From NCBI RefSeq assembly GCF_900128505.1, contig NZ_LT669940.1, forward strand, positions 603,475 to 643,474: a stretch of 40,000 nucleotides of DNA, given 5' to 3'. The notes beneath the pieces are model-generated. The model was not told the DNA's origin. It was given only the letters and a program-made list of their open reading frames with translations, and made no database searches. Shown piece by piece: positions 23,113 through 33,919 of the stretch. Within the stretch, counting starts at the first letter, position 1. Every line of letters starts with the position of its first letter. Both the position numbers and the translations under genes were made by a program. Source of the stretch: Parabacteroides timonensis (GTDB taxonomy: Bacteria; Bacteroidota; Bacteroidia; Bacteroidales; Tannerellaceae).

Positions 23113-24870
23113 ATGTATAAGCAGATACGACGAGAAAGATTGATAGGTTTGTTTTGTTTATTACTCCTCTTCGGGAGTACTATGCCGGGACAGGCTCAAA
23201 AAGATAACCGCTTTGAGGTGAGTAAGAACCTCGATATTTTCAATGCTCTGGTAAAAGAAGTTGAAATGTTTTATGTAGATTCCGTTGACGTGGAGAAGAC
23301 AGTCCGTAGAGGGATCAACAGCATGTTGGGAAGTCTCGACCCTTACACCGAGTACTATCCGGAGCAGGAAATGGATAAGCTGAAAATGATGACTACCGGC
23401 GAATACGGTGGAATAGGATCTTATATCCGTGGACGCCAGGAAGGTGGCGTATATATTATCGAACCGTTTGAAGGCATGCCCGCAGCATTGGCCGGACTTC
23501 AGGCCGGCGACCGTATCCTGGCTATCGATACAGTGGATGTGACAGAAAAATCATCTGATGAAGTAAGTAACCTTTTGAAAGGAGTACCTAATACAAAGAT
23601 GGTATTGAAGATACAACGTCCCAATGAAAAGAAGCCGCGTGAAGTGGAGCTTTTGCGTAAGCAAATCCTGGTAGACCAGGTTACTTACTACGGTGTGCGT
23701 GGTGATGGTGTCGGTTATATCTATCTAAAAGGATTTACCGATAAAAGTGCCCAGGAAGTAAAGAACGCTTTCGAAGACCTGAAGAAAAATCATCAGATTA
23801 AATCGTTGATTCTCGACTTACGTAATAATGGAGGCGGTTTATTGGAAAGCGCGACGCAGATTGTCAGTATGTTTGTTCCCAAAGGAAAAGAAGTGGTTTC
23901 GACCAAAGGGAAGATCAGCCAGTGGGACCGTACCTATCGTACGGCTAACGAACCGTTGGATACGGTTATGCCGATGGCTGTCCTGATTAACGGCAACTCT
24001 GCTTCTGCTGCTGAAATCGTTTCAGGTTCATTACAGGATATGGACCGTGCCGTATTGGTGGGACAGCGTTCTTTTGGAAAAGGATTGGTTCAGTCTACAC
24101 GCGAACTACCTTATAATGGTAGCGTGAAGATCACAATGAGTAAATATTATATACCCAGCGGCCGTTGTATACAGCAAATGGACTATACGCATCGGAAAGC
24201 AGACGGCAGTGTTGCTGCTATTCCCGATAGCCTGACATCGGTATTTTATACCTCTAAGGGACGTCCGGTACGTGATGGTGGCGGTGTTCGTCCCGAGTTT
24301 GAAATAGAAGAGGAAGAAATGCCGACTATGATGTATTACCTGGCTACCGATTTTGTGTTGCTTGACTTTGTAACGAATTGGGCACAGAAACATAAGACGA
24401 TCCCTCCCGTTGAAGAGTTTACTGTTTCGGATGAGGATTTTGAAGCTTTCAAAAACTATGCAAAGGAAAAGAATTTCACTTACGATCGTCAGAGCGAGAA
24501 AGTTTTGAAGAATCTGAAGGAGATAGCCAAGTTTGAAGGGTATATGAATAGCGACTCGACAATCTTTAATGAACTGGAAGCCCGCTTGACTCCGAACCTG
24601 GACAGAGATTTTGAGCTTTATAAAGGCCAGATCAAGAAACTGATGGCCTCAGAGATAATAAAGCGTTACTATTTCCAGAAAGGTGAATTACTGGAAAGCC
24701 TGAAGGATGACGAAGTACTTGAAAAGGCTATCGAAGTTTTAGGTAATCAGGAATTATATAATAAAACATTAAGTACCCCGGAAGAAGGTGATGCGAAACC
24801 TGTTGAAGACAAATCCAAACCTTCCACCGGAGGAAATATAGCTTATGTCTTTGATCAGACAATAGGATAA
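23113..24870 (+). CDS. S41-family C-terminal processing (tail-specific) peptidase
   Basis: Signal peptide. PDZ segment GGIGSYIRGRQEGGVYIIEPFEGMPAALAGLQAGDRILAID. Catalytic Ser region NGNSASAAEIVSG and Lys region RSFGKGLVQ. Confidence 0.9.
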   Translation: MYKQIRRERLIGLFCLLLLFGSTMPGQAQKDNRFEVSKNLDIFNALVKEVEMFYVDSVDVEKTVRRGINSMLGSLDPYTEYYPEQEMDKLKMMTTGEYGGIGSYIRGRQEGGVYIIEPFEGMPAALAGLQAGDRILAIDTVDVTEKSSDEVSNLLKGVPNTKMVLKIQRPNEKKPREVELLRKQILVDQVTYYGVRGDGVGYIYLKGFTDKSAQEVKNAFEDLKKNHQIKSLILDLRNNGGGLLESATQIVSMFVPKGKEVVSTKGKISQWDRTYRTANEPLDTVMPMAVLINGNSASAAEIVSGSLQDMDRAVLVGQRSFGKGLVQSTRELPYNGSVKITMSKYYIPSGRCIQQMDYTHRKADGSVAAIPDSLTSVFYTSKGRPVRDGGGVRPEFEIEEEEMPTMMYYLATDFVLLDFVTNWAQKHKTIPPVEEFTVSDEDFEAFKNYAKEKNFTYDRQSEKVLKNLKEIAKFEGYMNSDSTIFNELEARLTPNLDRDFELYKGQIKKLMASEIIKRYYFQKGELLESLKDDEVLEKAIEVLGNQELYNKTLSTPEEGDAKPVEDKSKPSTGGNIAYVFDQTIG

Positions 24871-24888
24871 TCCTCTACTTATAACTTA

Positions 24889-24950
24889 GTATATCGGGAA
24901 CTGGCAGGTTGACTTTTGATACCTGTATTTGTTTCCCGATATACTTTTTT
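24889..24950 (+). terminator. Terminator after the S41 peptidase gene
   Basis: GTATATCGGGAA (24889-24900) pairs with TTCCCGATATAC (24933-24944): a 12-bp perfect stem with a 32-nt loop, followed by TTTTTTG. Confidence 0.6.
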
Positions 24951-25049
24951 GTTTTAATACCTTCCGTTTTACAGCTTAAAAACAGTCCGGTAGTTACATC
25001 ATTCAAATAACATCTGTTGTAATATATGAGGATTTTTTTCAAATATGTT

Positions 25050-25057
25050 TATCTTTG
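25050..25057 (+). promoter_or_regulatory. -7 box TATCTTTG for the ECF sigma gene
   Basis: Exact match 18 nt upstream of ATG 25076. Confidence 0.45.
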
Positions 25058-25075
25058 TCCACATAGACGTACATC

Positions 25076-25648
25076 ATGGATGAGAAGGCATACATAAAAC
25101 TATTCAATTATATTTTCGCGAATCATCGTGAACGCTACATTCGGTTTGCATATTCATACACCTATAATCGTGAAGTAGCAGAAGATCTGGTTGCAGAAAG
25201 CCTGATGTACTATTGGGAGAACCGTAACAAACTGGATGATGTGAAAGATATTCCCTTATATATATTGATCATCATTAAAAATCGATGCCTGGATTATTTA
25301 CAGAGGGAACGTACGTGGAATAATATTGCCGAAAATCTGTTATCAAATAAGGAATGGGAACTTCAAATGCGCATATCCAGCCTGGAAGCCTGTGAGCCGG
25401 AAGCGTTATTCAGTAATGAGGTACAAGATCTTATTCAAAAAACACTGGATAAATTACCTGAAAAATCAAGACGTATCTTTATCATGAGCCGTTATGAAGG
25501 GAAAAGTTATCAAACGATAGCCAAGGAAACGAATCTCTCTGTGAAAAGCGTTGAGTTTCATGTTAGTAAAGCATTGGCGGCCCTGCGGAAAGAGTTAAAA
25601 GACTATCTGCCGGCCCTTCTGTTTGTCTTCGACTTCTTCTATAAATAA
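25076..25648 (+). CDS. ECF-type RNA polymerase sigma-70 factor
   Basis: 190 aa. Region 2 (AEDLVAESLMYYWENR) and region 4 HTH (YEGKSYQTIAKETNLSVKSVEFHVSKALAALR). Followed by FecR and STN-SusC genes. Confidence 0.9.
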   Translation: MDEKAYIKLFNYIFANHRERYIRFAYSYTYNREVAEDLVAESLMYYWENRNKLDDVKDIPLYILIIIKNRCLDYLQRERTWNNIAENLLSNKEWELQMRISSLEACEPEALFSNEVQDLIQKTLDKLPEKSRRIFIMSRYEGKSYQTIAKETNLSVKSVEFHVSKALAALRKELKDYLPALLFVFDFFYK

Positions 25649-25714
25649 AAAAAATCATTTTTTCTTTTAGGGTATTTGCTCCTTTATTCGCCCTTATTAT
25701 AGAAACAGGAAAAA

Positions 25715-26641
25715 ATGGAGCAAAAGTTATTACATAAGATGTTTAGTGGGCAGGCTACGGACGACGAGCTGACACAAATTCGTCAATGGGTAAATGAATG
25801 CAAAGAGAACAGAGATTCATTCTATCATGAGCGTGCTTTCTTTGATGCGCTTCAATTTAACGATGTTAATATAGATGTGCGTGTACGCAAACGCTCGGTG
25901 ACTTTCTGGAAATGGGTTGGGAGTGTCGCCGCTGCCGTCATTGCTTTACTTCTGTTTTTTAATGTACCAACCCATTTCGAAAACAATTCCCCACAGGAGA
26001 TTGCCTTTAATACGATTAAAGTGCCTGCCGGACAGCGGGTAGAAGTAACCCTGGCTGATGGAACCCATCTTTGGTTGAATGCCCGGTCTGAGTTTTCTTA
26101 TCCGGTATCTTTTAATGGTGACAAACGCGAAGTACATTTAAAAGGAGAAGCTTTTTTCGACGTGGCCAGGGACGAAAATAAGAAGTTTATTGTGAATACC
26201 GGACGTTGTGAAGTCGAAGTTTTAGGTACTCAGTTTAATGTGGATGCTTATGGCGAAGATGATTTCTCAACGGCCCTTTTAAGAGGAAGCGTAAAAGTTA
26301 TCGACAAATCTCAATCAAATGAATCAGTTGTGTTAGAACCAAATAATGCGGTCAGACTTGATAATGGAAAACTGACTGTTACTCCCATCACCGATTTCAG
26401 TCCTTACAGTTGGAAAGACGGAGTCATCGCGTTTAAGGATATCGACTTTGAAGTTTTGATGAAGAAACTGGAGAAGAATTATGGTATCCGTATAACGATT
26501 GATAATTCACGTCTGGATAATTATGCATGTAGTGGAAAGTTCCGTATTTCAGATGGGATTGAAGAGGTGCTGAAAGCATTGCAGCAAGATGCCCATTTTA
26601 CTTTTGAATGGGATAGTGGAGAAGAAATTCGTATTCAATAA
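25715..26641 (+). CDS. FecR-family anti-sigma factor
   Basis: N-terminal anti-sigma segment, one TM (WVGSVAAAVIALLLFF), and a periplasmic FecR domain (LADGTHLWLNARSEFSYP...GEAFFDV). Confidence 0.9.
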   Translation: MEQKLLHKMFSGQATDDELTQIRQWVNECKENRDSFYHERAFFDALQFNDVNIDVRVRKRSVTFWKWVGSVAAAVIALLLFFNVPTHFENNSPQEIAFNTIKVPAGQRVEVTLADGTHLWLNARSEFSYPVSFNGDKREVHLKGEAFFDVARDENKKFIVNTGRCEVEVLGTQFNVDAYGEDDFSTALLRGSVKVIDKSQSNESVVLEPNNAVRLDNGKLTVTPITDFSPYSWKDGVIAFKDIDFEVLMKKLEKNYGIRITIDNSRLDNYACSGKFRISDGIEEVLKALQQDAHFTFEWDSGEEIRIQ

Positions 26642-26744
26642 CATTAAATTATACAGCCTATGAGATGATTAAAAAATCGAAATGAGGGATAGCTATGCCC
26701 TAATGTGAAAATTAATCTAATATCATTCTTAAACTATCACAAAC

Positions 26745-29700
26745 ATGAAGAAAAGAAAAGTATGTGTATCTCGTATTTTAAAGATGGCCTTTTTGTTCTT
26801 CTTTTCCAGCTCTATCTGTTTACAGGCAGAAATGGTAAAGTCACAGAACGTACGGATTACACTTAGTAAAAACAATGTCAGGCTGGAAAATATACTAAAC
26901 GATATTGAGAGCCAGACAAATTTGTTATTCATTTATAATAAAAACGTGAATGTTAACCGTAAAGTATCAATTGAAGCCAATAATATATCTTTGGAGGAAG
27001 TCTTGAAGAACTTATTCGATAACAACGTGATTTACAAAATCGAAGGATCTTATATCGTTCTTTCCCCATCTGCGATAACAGAAGTCAAACAACAGGCCAA
27101 AATAATTACAGGAAACATTGTCGATCAGAATGGCGATCCTGTCATTGGAGCTAACGTTGTAGAAAAAGGTACTACCAATGGAACTATATCGGATGTAAAC
27201 GGTCAATTTGCATTGAACCTCCAGCAAAAAAATCCGATACTGGTTGTCTCTTATATCGGTTTTACGACAAAAGAAATTCCTGTCGGGAATGCCTCTGTTT
27301 TGAATATTAAATTGTCAGAAGACTCTGAGACTCTGGATGAAGTGGTTGTTGTTGGATATGGTGTTCAGAAGCGCGCTTCGGTAACAGGTTCGGTTGCCTC
27401 TCTCCAGTCTAAAGATATTGCAACTGTTAAAACGCCTAATGTAAGTAATGCACTGGCTGGTAAACTCCCTGGATTGCGTGCTGTACAAAGAAGCGGTGCA
27501 CCGGGTGATGATGATGCCAGTATCGATATCCGTGGTTATGGTAATGCGTTGGTTATTGTAGACGGTGTAGAGCGTGATTTCAAGCAAATCGATGCCAACG
27601 ATATCGAATCGATCAGTATTTTGAAGGATGCTTCGGCTGCTGTTTATGGGTTTAAAGGGGCGAACGGGGTTATTCTTGTTACAACTAAAAAAGGGGAAGT
27701 TGGAAAGCCGAAGATCAGCTATAATGGTTATGTCGGCATACAGAATATAACTCGTTATCCGGAATATTATAATGGATATGAATATGCAACTTTATATAAC
27801 GAAGCCCAACAGAATATAGGAATAACAGCTCCTTATTCTTCAGATGACCTGGAGCGTTTCCGGCAAGGGATCGGAACAACGGATTGGTACAATGAAGTGA
27901 TTCGTAAAACGGCTCCGGCTACTTATCACAACTTAAGTGTATCCGGCGGTGCAGAGAAAGTGAAATATTTCTTCTCTCTGGGATTGACAGATCAGGAAGG
28001 CATCTATAAGTCGAAATCATTTAATTATAAAAAATATAACGTCCGTTCTAACATCAGTGCTGAAATTGTAAAAGGGTTTACTGTCGATTTACAATTGAGC
28101 GGACGTTTGGATACACGAATGAAATCGTACGAGGCCGATCCGCTGAGCCGTACTATTCAAATGGCAAAACCAATATTCCCTATTTATGCAAATAATAATA
28201 CGGATTATTGGAACAACCCGGGAGATAATGGGAATCCTATTCATTTGTCGGATATAGATAATGTCGGATACGATCGTCGCGATCGCCGTGAATTTAATGG
28301 GTCGATTGCTTTAAACTGGCAGCTTCCCTGGGTCAAAGGACTGTCTGCTAAAGCTTTGTTCTCTTACGATTATAATAATAAATATAGTCGTAAATGGTAT
28401 AAAGAATATTACGAATATACTTATGATGCAACAACCGATGTCTATAATAAATCAAGAAGTCATACCATTTCGGAGTTGACCACCCAAAATGATAACTATT
28501 TCAGACCAAACGGCCAAATAGCATTGAACTATAAAAATACATTTGGTAAGCATGATATAGGTGCGTTGATGTTATGGGAATTCAATAATGACCGTACTGA
28601 TATTTTGAGTGCATACCGTCAATTTACCGTTGGAGCGATCGACCAGATGGATGCAGGCGATAAAACGAATATGAACAATGGCGGAACAGCCCGTGTTTCT
28701 GCTCATGCCGGTTTAGTGGGACGTGTTAACTATGCATACAATAATAAATACCTGGCAGAAGTAAGTTTCCGTTATGATGGTTCATATAAGTTTGCTCCGG
28801 ATAACCGTTGGGGATTTTTCCCGGCTGTATCTTTAGGATGGCGTGTTTCTGAAGAAGCATTTTTCAAGGAAGCATTGCCGATGGTTGATAATTTCAAGAT
28901 CAGAGGATCATACGGTAAAGTCGGTGATGAAGGTGTTACCGGATATACCGATGATGATGAGAAAGATGGTAAATACAGGGCCTACCAATATTTAACAGGT
29001 TACCGATATCCGTCCGGAAGCTATGTATTGGGATCGGGAGGAGTAACGAATGGAGCCAAAGACAGAGGTATGCCTAACCTGGCTCTGACCTGGTATGAAT
29101 CCAAGACTACCAATGTCGGATTTGAGGCATCCGCTTTATCTGGTTTGATCAATGTGGAATTCGATTATTTTGTTCGTAAACGAACCGGACTTTTAACAAA
29201 ACGTCAACTCACATTGCCGACAACGTTCGGCCAGGAACTGCCTGTTGAGAACCTGAACTCTGATAGGAACCAGGGTTTTGAAATCGTTTTGGGACATCGT
29301 CATAAGATCGGAGATTTTACTTATGATGTAAAAGCGAACTTCTCTGCAACCCGTATTTATAATGAACATGTTGAGCGTGCCGCTTCAGCAAATATGTATG
29401 ACGATTGGCGAAATAACAGTAATGATCGTTATAAAGATATACAGTGGGGAAAGGTTTGCATCGGGCAATTCCAGAGTTACGAAGAGATATTGAACTCACC
29501 GATCCAGGATAGTAATGGTAATAAATCATTGATGCCGGGCGATTTGAAGTTTCAGGACTGGAATAATGACGGTATTATTGATGGAAAAGACGATCAGCCT
29601 ATCGGACATGGAAATACACCTCGTATGTATTATGGTTTGAATCTTTATGGTGAGTATAAAGGATTTGATGTAACCCTTTTCTTCCAGGGTGCTGCGGGAC

Positions 29701-30131
29701 ATGAGGTATTTACAAGCGGAGATTTTATGGCTCCGTTCATTCAGCAAGGTTTAGGTAATGGTATTACTCTTTGGCTGGATCGCTGGCACCGGGAAGACCC
29801 ATCCGATATGTATAGTGAATGGATTCCTGGTTATATGCCGGCTCTTCGCCCGACAGGTTTCACTGCCAATGCAGGCAATAATACCTGGACAGAACAGAAA
29901 GCCAATTATTTACGTCTGAAAACAGTCGAGATAGGCTATACTTTCCCGAAAAGATGGATGCAAAAGGCTGGTATTGAGAATTTGCGTATATACGTGAATA
30001 GCTTTAACACTGCTACAATAACCAGTCGCACTGGTATAATGAAGTATATGGACCCGGAAAACAAAGATGGTATGTTCCGCTATTATCCCCAAATGAAAAC
30101 ATTTAATTTCGGTGTTAATCTAACATTCTAA
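26745..30131 (+). CDS. SusC/RagA-type TonB-dependent transporter with STN signalling domain
   Basis: 1128 aa. STN-like N-terminus (RITLSKNNVRLENILNDIESQT), CarbopepD_reg-like ITGNIVDQNGDPVIGANVVEKGTTNGTISDVNGQF, plug DEVVVVGYGVQKRASVTGSV and KDASAAVYGFKGANGVILVTTKKG. C-terminal ...FNFGVNLTF. Confidence 0.95.
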   Translation: MKKRKVCVSRILKMAFLFFFSSSICLQAEMVKSQNVRITLSKNNVRLENILNDIESQTNLLFIYNKNVNVNRKVSIEANNISLEEVLKNLFDNNVIYKIEGSYIVLSPSAITEVKQQAKIITGNIVDQNGDPVIGANVVEKGTTNGTISDVNGQFALNLQQKNPILVVSYIGFTTKEIPVGNASVLNIKLSEDSETLDEVVVVGYGVQKRASVTGSVASLQSKDIATVKTPNVSNALAGKLPGLRAVQRSGAPGDDDASIDIRGYGNALVIVDGVERDFKQIDANDIESISILKDASAAVYGFKGANGVILVTTKKGEVGKPKISYNGYVGIQNITRYPEYYNGYEYATLYNEAQQNIGITAPYSSDDLERFRQGIGTTDWYNEVIRKTAPATYHNLSVSGGAEKVKYFFSLGLTDQEGIYKSKSFNYKKYNVRSNISAEIVKGFTVDLQLSGRLDTRMKSYEADPLSRTIQMAKPIFPIYANNNTDYWNNPGDNGNPIHLSDIDNVGYDRRDRREFNGSIALNWQLPWVKGLSAKALFSYDYNNKYSRKWYKEYYEYTYDATTDVYNKSRSHTISELTTQNDNYFRPNGQIALNYKNTFGKHDIGALMLWEFNNDRTDILSAYRQFTVGAIDQMDAGDKTNMNNGGTARVSAHAGLVGRVNYAYNNKYLAEVSFRYDGSYKFAPDNRWGFFPAVSLGWRVSEEAFFKEALPMVDNFKIRGSYGKVGDEGVTGYTDDDEKDGKYRAYQYLTGYRYPSGSYVLGSGGVTNGAKDRGMPNLALTWYESKTTNVGFEASALSGLINVEFDYFVRKRTGLLTKRQLTLPTTFGQELPVENLNSDRNQGFEIVLGHRHKIGDFTYDVKANFSATRIYNEHVERAASANMYDDWRNNSNDRYKDIQWGKVCIGQFQSYEEILNSPIQDSNGNKSLMPGDLKFQDWNNDGIIDGKDDQPIGHGNTPRMYYGLNLYGEYKGFDVTLFFQGAAGHEVFTSGDFMAPFIQQGLGNGITLWLDRWHREDPSDMYSEWIPGYMPALRPTGFTANAGNNTWTEQKANYLRLKTVEIGYTFPKRWMQKAGIENLRIYVNSFNTATITSRTGIMKYMDPENKDGMFRYYPQMKTFNFGVNLTF

Positions 30132-30142
30132 AAGAAGAAACA

Positions 30143-31990
30143 ATGAATACAACAATTATAAGAAATATTGGATGTGGATTACTTTTGTTGGGAGCGACAG
30201 CTTGTGCTGATTATCTTGAAAAAGAATCCTTCGACATCATCACTCCTGAACAAGTATGGCAAGATCCGAAATTGATCAATGGCGTAATGGTTAATTTGTA
30301 TGATGGTTTGAATTTAGAAGATTTCAATTATTGGTTTCGTGATGCATGGCGTTTGCAAAATGCCTCTTCCATGTCGGATGAGGCCCAGGGTTCTTTCCAG
30401 AAAGATCCTGTTTTCGATAATGGAAATGCAACATATACGTATGAAGATATTATGTTCGAGCAGAAGTTTTCAGATCGTTATAAAAATATACGAAACTGTA
30501 ATGACTTTATCAGCCAGTTGCAGGAAGCTGAATCATTGTCCGATACTGAGAAGAAATTGCTTTTAGCAGAATCCCGTTTTTTGCGTGCAATGCATTATTT
30601 TACCTTAGTGAAACGGTATGGAGGTGTGCCTCTTATCAGTGAACCGCAAGTCTATGATCCTGATAATCTGGAATCATTGATGGTTCCCCGCAATAAAGAA
30701 GTCGAGGTCTACGATTTTATTATAAAGGAGTGTCAGGAAGCTTCACTGGATCTTCCGGATACAAGAAACGCGGATGTCAAATACCGGGCCAATAAATATG
30801 TAGCATTAGCGTTATGCTCCCGTGCTGCATTATATGCCGGTTCGATTGCGCGTTATGGTGAGATACAGTTGGATGGTCTTGTCGGTGTCCCATCTTCCGA
30901 TGCAAATCGTTTTTTTCAGGCCTCTTATGATGCATCTAAGGCTATTATAGAATCCGGTTTTTATGATTTATATAATAAAAAACCGGATAATAAAGCTCAG
31001 AACTATTGTGACATGTTCCTGAAAGGGAACGGAGATAACGGGGAATATATTTTCCAAAAGCAGTATAATGTAGCCGGAGGGAAAGGACATGACTGGGACA
31101 AACGTAATGCTCCATTCTCTTATCGTGCCGGTGGCTGGGGTTGTGGTATCGCTCCAACTCTGGAAATGGTAGAAGCTTATGAGTATGTGGATGGTTCCGA
31201 AGGTACATTGAAATTGGAAGAAAATGGCAAATCTCTTCGTTTTGATAACCCTTATGATGTTTTCTCCAATAAGGATCCACGCCTTTTTGCTTCGGTTTAT
31301 TTACCGGGTTCTCCTTGTCAGGGTAGTTATATAGACTGGAGAAGAGGGGTTATCGCTTCGGATAATGAAAGATATCAGGCAACAAGTCAGCCGGACGGTG
31401 GAAATACCGTAGAAATTAACGGCATAACCTATAATACTTCAGGTAAAGACGGAGGGGCTGATGCCGGAGATGCATCTAAGACCGGTTTCTATCAGAAGAA
31501 GTTCTGGGACGAAACATTGACCGATATGAATATGGGTAAGTCAGAAACTCCATGGCCCGTTTTTCGTTTAGGAGAAATTTATTTAAATTTGGCGGAAGCA
31601 GCGATGGAGTTGAATAAATCTTCAGAAGCGTTGGAGGCAGTCAATGAAATTCGTGAGCGTGCCGGAATAGCCTTATTGTCAAATATCAATATGGAAAAGA
31701 TACGTCACGAACGTAGAGTGGAACTCGCATTTGAAGGACATCGTTTCTGGGATATGAAACGTTGGAGGATCGCTCATTTGGATGTAGCACAAGGTGGTTT
31801 GAACGGATTCAGAGGGACAGCCTTGTATCCCTGGTATGATATTCGTGATGGCAAATATGTGTTTGAAAGAGGATATAACTCCCCGAAGCAATTACGTATT
31901 TTCCTTGAAAAGAATTATTATACGAAGATCAATCAGGACGATATGAATTCGAATCCGAGTCTCATTCAGAATCCGGGCTTTACAAATTAA
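30143..31990 (+). CDS. SusD/RagB-family nutrient-binding outer-membrane lipoprotein
   Basis: Lipoprotein signal LLLLGATAC. TPR-like SusD body (RFLRAMHYFTLVKRYGGVPL; ERRVELAFEGHRFWDMKRW). Immediately follows SusC with an 11-nt gap. Confidence 0.95.
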   Translation: MNTTIIRNIGCGLLLLGATACADYLEKESFDIITPEQVWQDPKLINGVMVNLYDGLNLEDFNYWFRDAWRLQNASSMSDEAQGSFQKDPVFDNGNATYTYEDIMFEQKFSDRYKNIRNCNDFISQLQEAESLSDTEKKLLLAESRFLRAMHYFTLVKRYGGVPLISEPQVYDPDNLESLMVPRNKEVEVYDFIIKECQEASLDLPDTRNADVKYRANKYVALALCSRAALYAGSIARYGEIQLDGLVGVPSSDANRFFQASYDASKAIIESGFYDLYNKKPDNKAQNYCDMFLKGNGDNGEYIFQKQYNVAGGKGHDWDKRNAPFSYRAGGWGCGIAPTLEMVEAYEYVDGSEGTLKLEENGKSLRFDNPYDVFSNKDPRLFASVYLPGSPCQGSYIDWRRGVIASDNERYQATSQPDGGNTVEINGITYNTSGKDGGADAGDASKTGFYQKKFWDETLTDMNMGKSETPWPVFRLGEIYLNLAEAAMELNKSSEALEAVNEIRERAGIALLSNINMEKIRHERRVELAFEGHRFWDMKRWRIAHLDVAQGGLNGFRGTALYPWYDIRDGKYVFERGYNSPKQLRIFLEKNYYTKINQDDMNSNPSLIQNPGFTN

Positions 31991-32012
31991 TCATCTAACT
32001 AAGAAATTCGAT

Positions 32013-32708
32013 ATGAAAAAGATAAGTTTATTATTGCTGACTGTTTGCTCATTATGCTTTACAAGCTGTTTGAGTGACCTGGATAATTACGACTCCCCTA
32101 ACGGAGGTATCAAGGGACAAATACTGGATGCCGGAACGAATGAACCGATCCCTTTACCCGTACAGGGATCTACCGGAGTTATAATCAACATGTTCGAACA
32201 GAATACGGAGGCAACGCAATCGGTCGATTTTTACGCTAAAATGGATGGATCGTACGAGAATGCAAAGTTGTTCAATTGCGATTATAAAATTGTGGTAAAT
32301 GGTCCGTTTGTTTCTCCCTGCGAAGAATTTGTAACAGTGAAAGGGCAAACAACCTTGGATCTGAAAGCGACTCCTTATGCGAGGATTGAAGCTGCTGCTC
32401 AGGTAAACGGAAAGCAGATAGCCATTACATACAAAGTTATTCCGACAAGTTCCGACTTTAATGTCTCCGAAGTATATGGTTATTGGAATTTTGCTCCGGG
32501 AGTGGATAATGGAAGTGCCAATCAGGCAGGAAAGCAAACTGTCAAGGAGTTGGAAGGAACTATCGTTTTTGACTTGGAAAACGATAAAAACTATCAGGAC
32601 AATTTGTACAAAATACAGGGTAATGGCAACAAAATATATGTGCGCGTCGGTGCTAAGACCGAAGGTGCAATTAATTATAGTACCATCGTAGAAACAGTAG
32701 TACAATAA
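32013..32708 (+). CDS. DUF3823-like surface lipoprotein (PUL accessory, possible glycan-binding)
   Basis: Lipoprotein signal LCFTSC, then LSDLDNYDSPNGGIKGQILDAGTNEPI, the characteristic DUF3823 N-terminal pattern (from memory). Position directly after SusD. Confidence 0.7.
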   Translation: MKKISLLLLTVCSLCFTSCLSDLDNYDSPNGGIKGQILDAGTNEPIPLPVQGSTGVIINMFEQNTEATQSVDFYAKMDGSYENAKLFNCDYKIVVNGPFVSPCEEFVTVKGQTTLDLKATPYARIEAAAQVNGKQIAITYKVIPTSSDFNVSEVYGYWNFAPGVDNGSANQAGKQTVKELEGTIVFDLENDKNYQDNLYKIQGNGNKIYVRVGAKTEGAINYSTIVETVVQ

Positions 32709-32769
32709 ATAACCCCGGGCACAGATATCCAAAGAAACGGATACCTGTGCCCTCCTTATTCTTTAGAAC

Positions 32770-33909
32770 ATGAAAAAAAGTATCTTACTCATCAGTCTGG
32801 CTCTTTTACCGTTTACGGGATATAGCCAAAATGTTTTACCGGACTGGGCTTTAGGTGGATTTATCAGGCCGGAGAAGGCCAATCCGATCATTACCCCTAA
32901 TCCTTCCAGCCAGTTCGACTGTCCTATGCAAGGCAAAAAGATAGGATGGGAGGAAAGCGATGTCTTTAATCCGGCAGCAACAGTTAGAGACGGCAAAATC
33001 TGTATTCTGTATCGTGCAGAAGATAATTCGGCGACAGGCATTGGAAAACGCACTTCACGTATCGGACTGGCAGAGTCGGAAGACGGTATTCATGTACAAC
33101 GTCGAAGTACACCTGTCTTGTATCCGGATAAGGATAATATGAAGGAATATGAGTGGCCGGGAGGATGTGAAGATCCCCGGGTGGCCATGACGGAAGAGGG
33201 TGTATATGTAATGGCTTATACGTCATGGAACCGGAAAGTACCACGTCTCTGTATCGCAACTTCCCGCGATTTGATCAAATGGGAAAAACATGGTCCCGCT
33301 TTTGCAAAAGCTTATAACGGACGTTTCAAAGATATGGCATGTAAATCCGGTTCAATGGTGACGAAAATAGAAAACGGCAAACAGGTTCTGGCTAAAATAG
33401 ATGGAAAGTATTTCATGTATTGGGGTGAACATATGGTGGGTGCTGCAACTTCGGATGATTTGGTAAACTGGACTCCGGTATTGGATGACAAAAATGAATT
33501 GGCTGTCGTTATCAAACCGCGCGACCAGTACTTTGATAGTGCATTGACAGAATGTGGCCCTCCTGCTGTAATGACCGATAAAGGTATCGTATTGCTTTAC
33601 AACGGTAAGAACCAGACAAACGATAACAGACGCGACAAGCGTTTCACAGCAGGTGCTTACTGTGCCGGCCAGATCCTGACAGACGCAAAAGATCCGATGA
33701 GGGTTTTGCAGCGCCTCGATGTGCCTTTCTTCCGTCCGATGGCATCCTTTGAAAAGAGCGGACAGTATGTAGATGGAACGGTTTTTATCGAAGGGTTGGT
33801 CTTTTTCAAAAACAAATGGTATCTCTACTACGGATGTGCAGACTCACAGGTAGGTGTAGCAGTTTATGATCCGGGAAAGAAAACACCGGGGGATCAGATC
33901 CCAAACTAA
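32770..33909 (+). CDS. Glycoside hydrolase family 130 protein with signal peptide (beta-mannoside-active)
   Basis: Signal peptide MKKSILLISLALLPFTGYSQ. GH130-like blocks DVFNPAATVRDGKICILYRAED, RIGLAESEDGIH, GGCEDPRV, and YLYYGCADSQVGVA. Confidence 0.8.
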   Translation: MKKSILLISLALLPFTGYSQNVLPDWALGGFIRPEKANPIITPNPSSQFDCPMQGKKIGWEESDVFNPAATVRDGKICILYRAEDNSATGIGKRTSRIGLAESEDGIHVQRRSTPVLYPDKDNMKEYEWPGGCEDPRVAMTEEGVYVMAYTSWNRKVPRLCIATSRDLIKWEKHGPAFAKAYNGRFKDMACKSGSMVTKIENGKQVLAKIDGKYFMYWGEHMVGAATSDDLVNWTPVLDDKNELAVVIKPRDQYFDSALTECGPPAVMTDKGIVLLYNGKNQTNDNRRDKRFTAGAYCAGQILTDAKDPMRVLQRLDVPFFRPMASFEKSGQYVDGTVFIEGLVFFKNKWYLYYGCADSQVGVAVYDPGKKTPGDQIPN

Positions 33910-33919
33910 AAAATGAATT

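Noticed and set aside
32154-32732. 192-aa minus-strand ORF
   Set aside because: It is antisense to the DUF3823-like lipoprotein gene, which fits the PUL operon. It has no motifs, no promoter box and no plausible start context.
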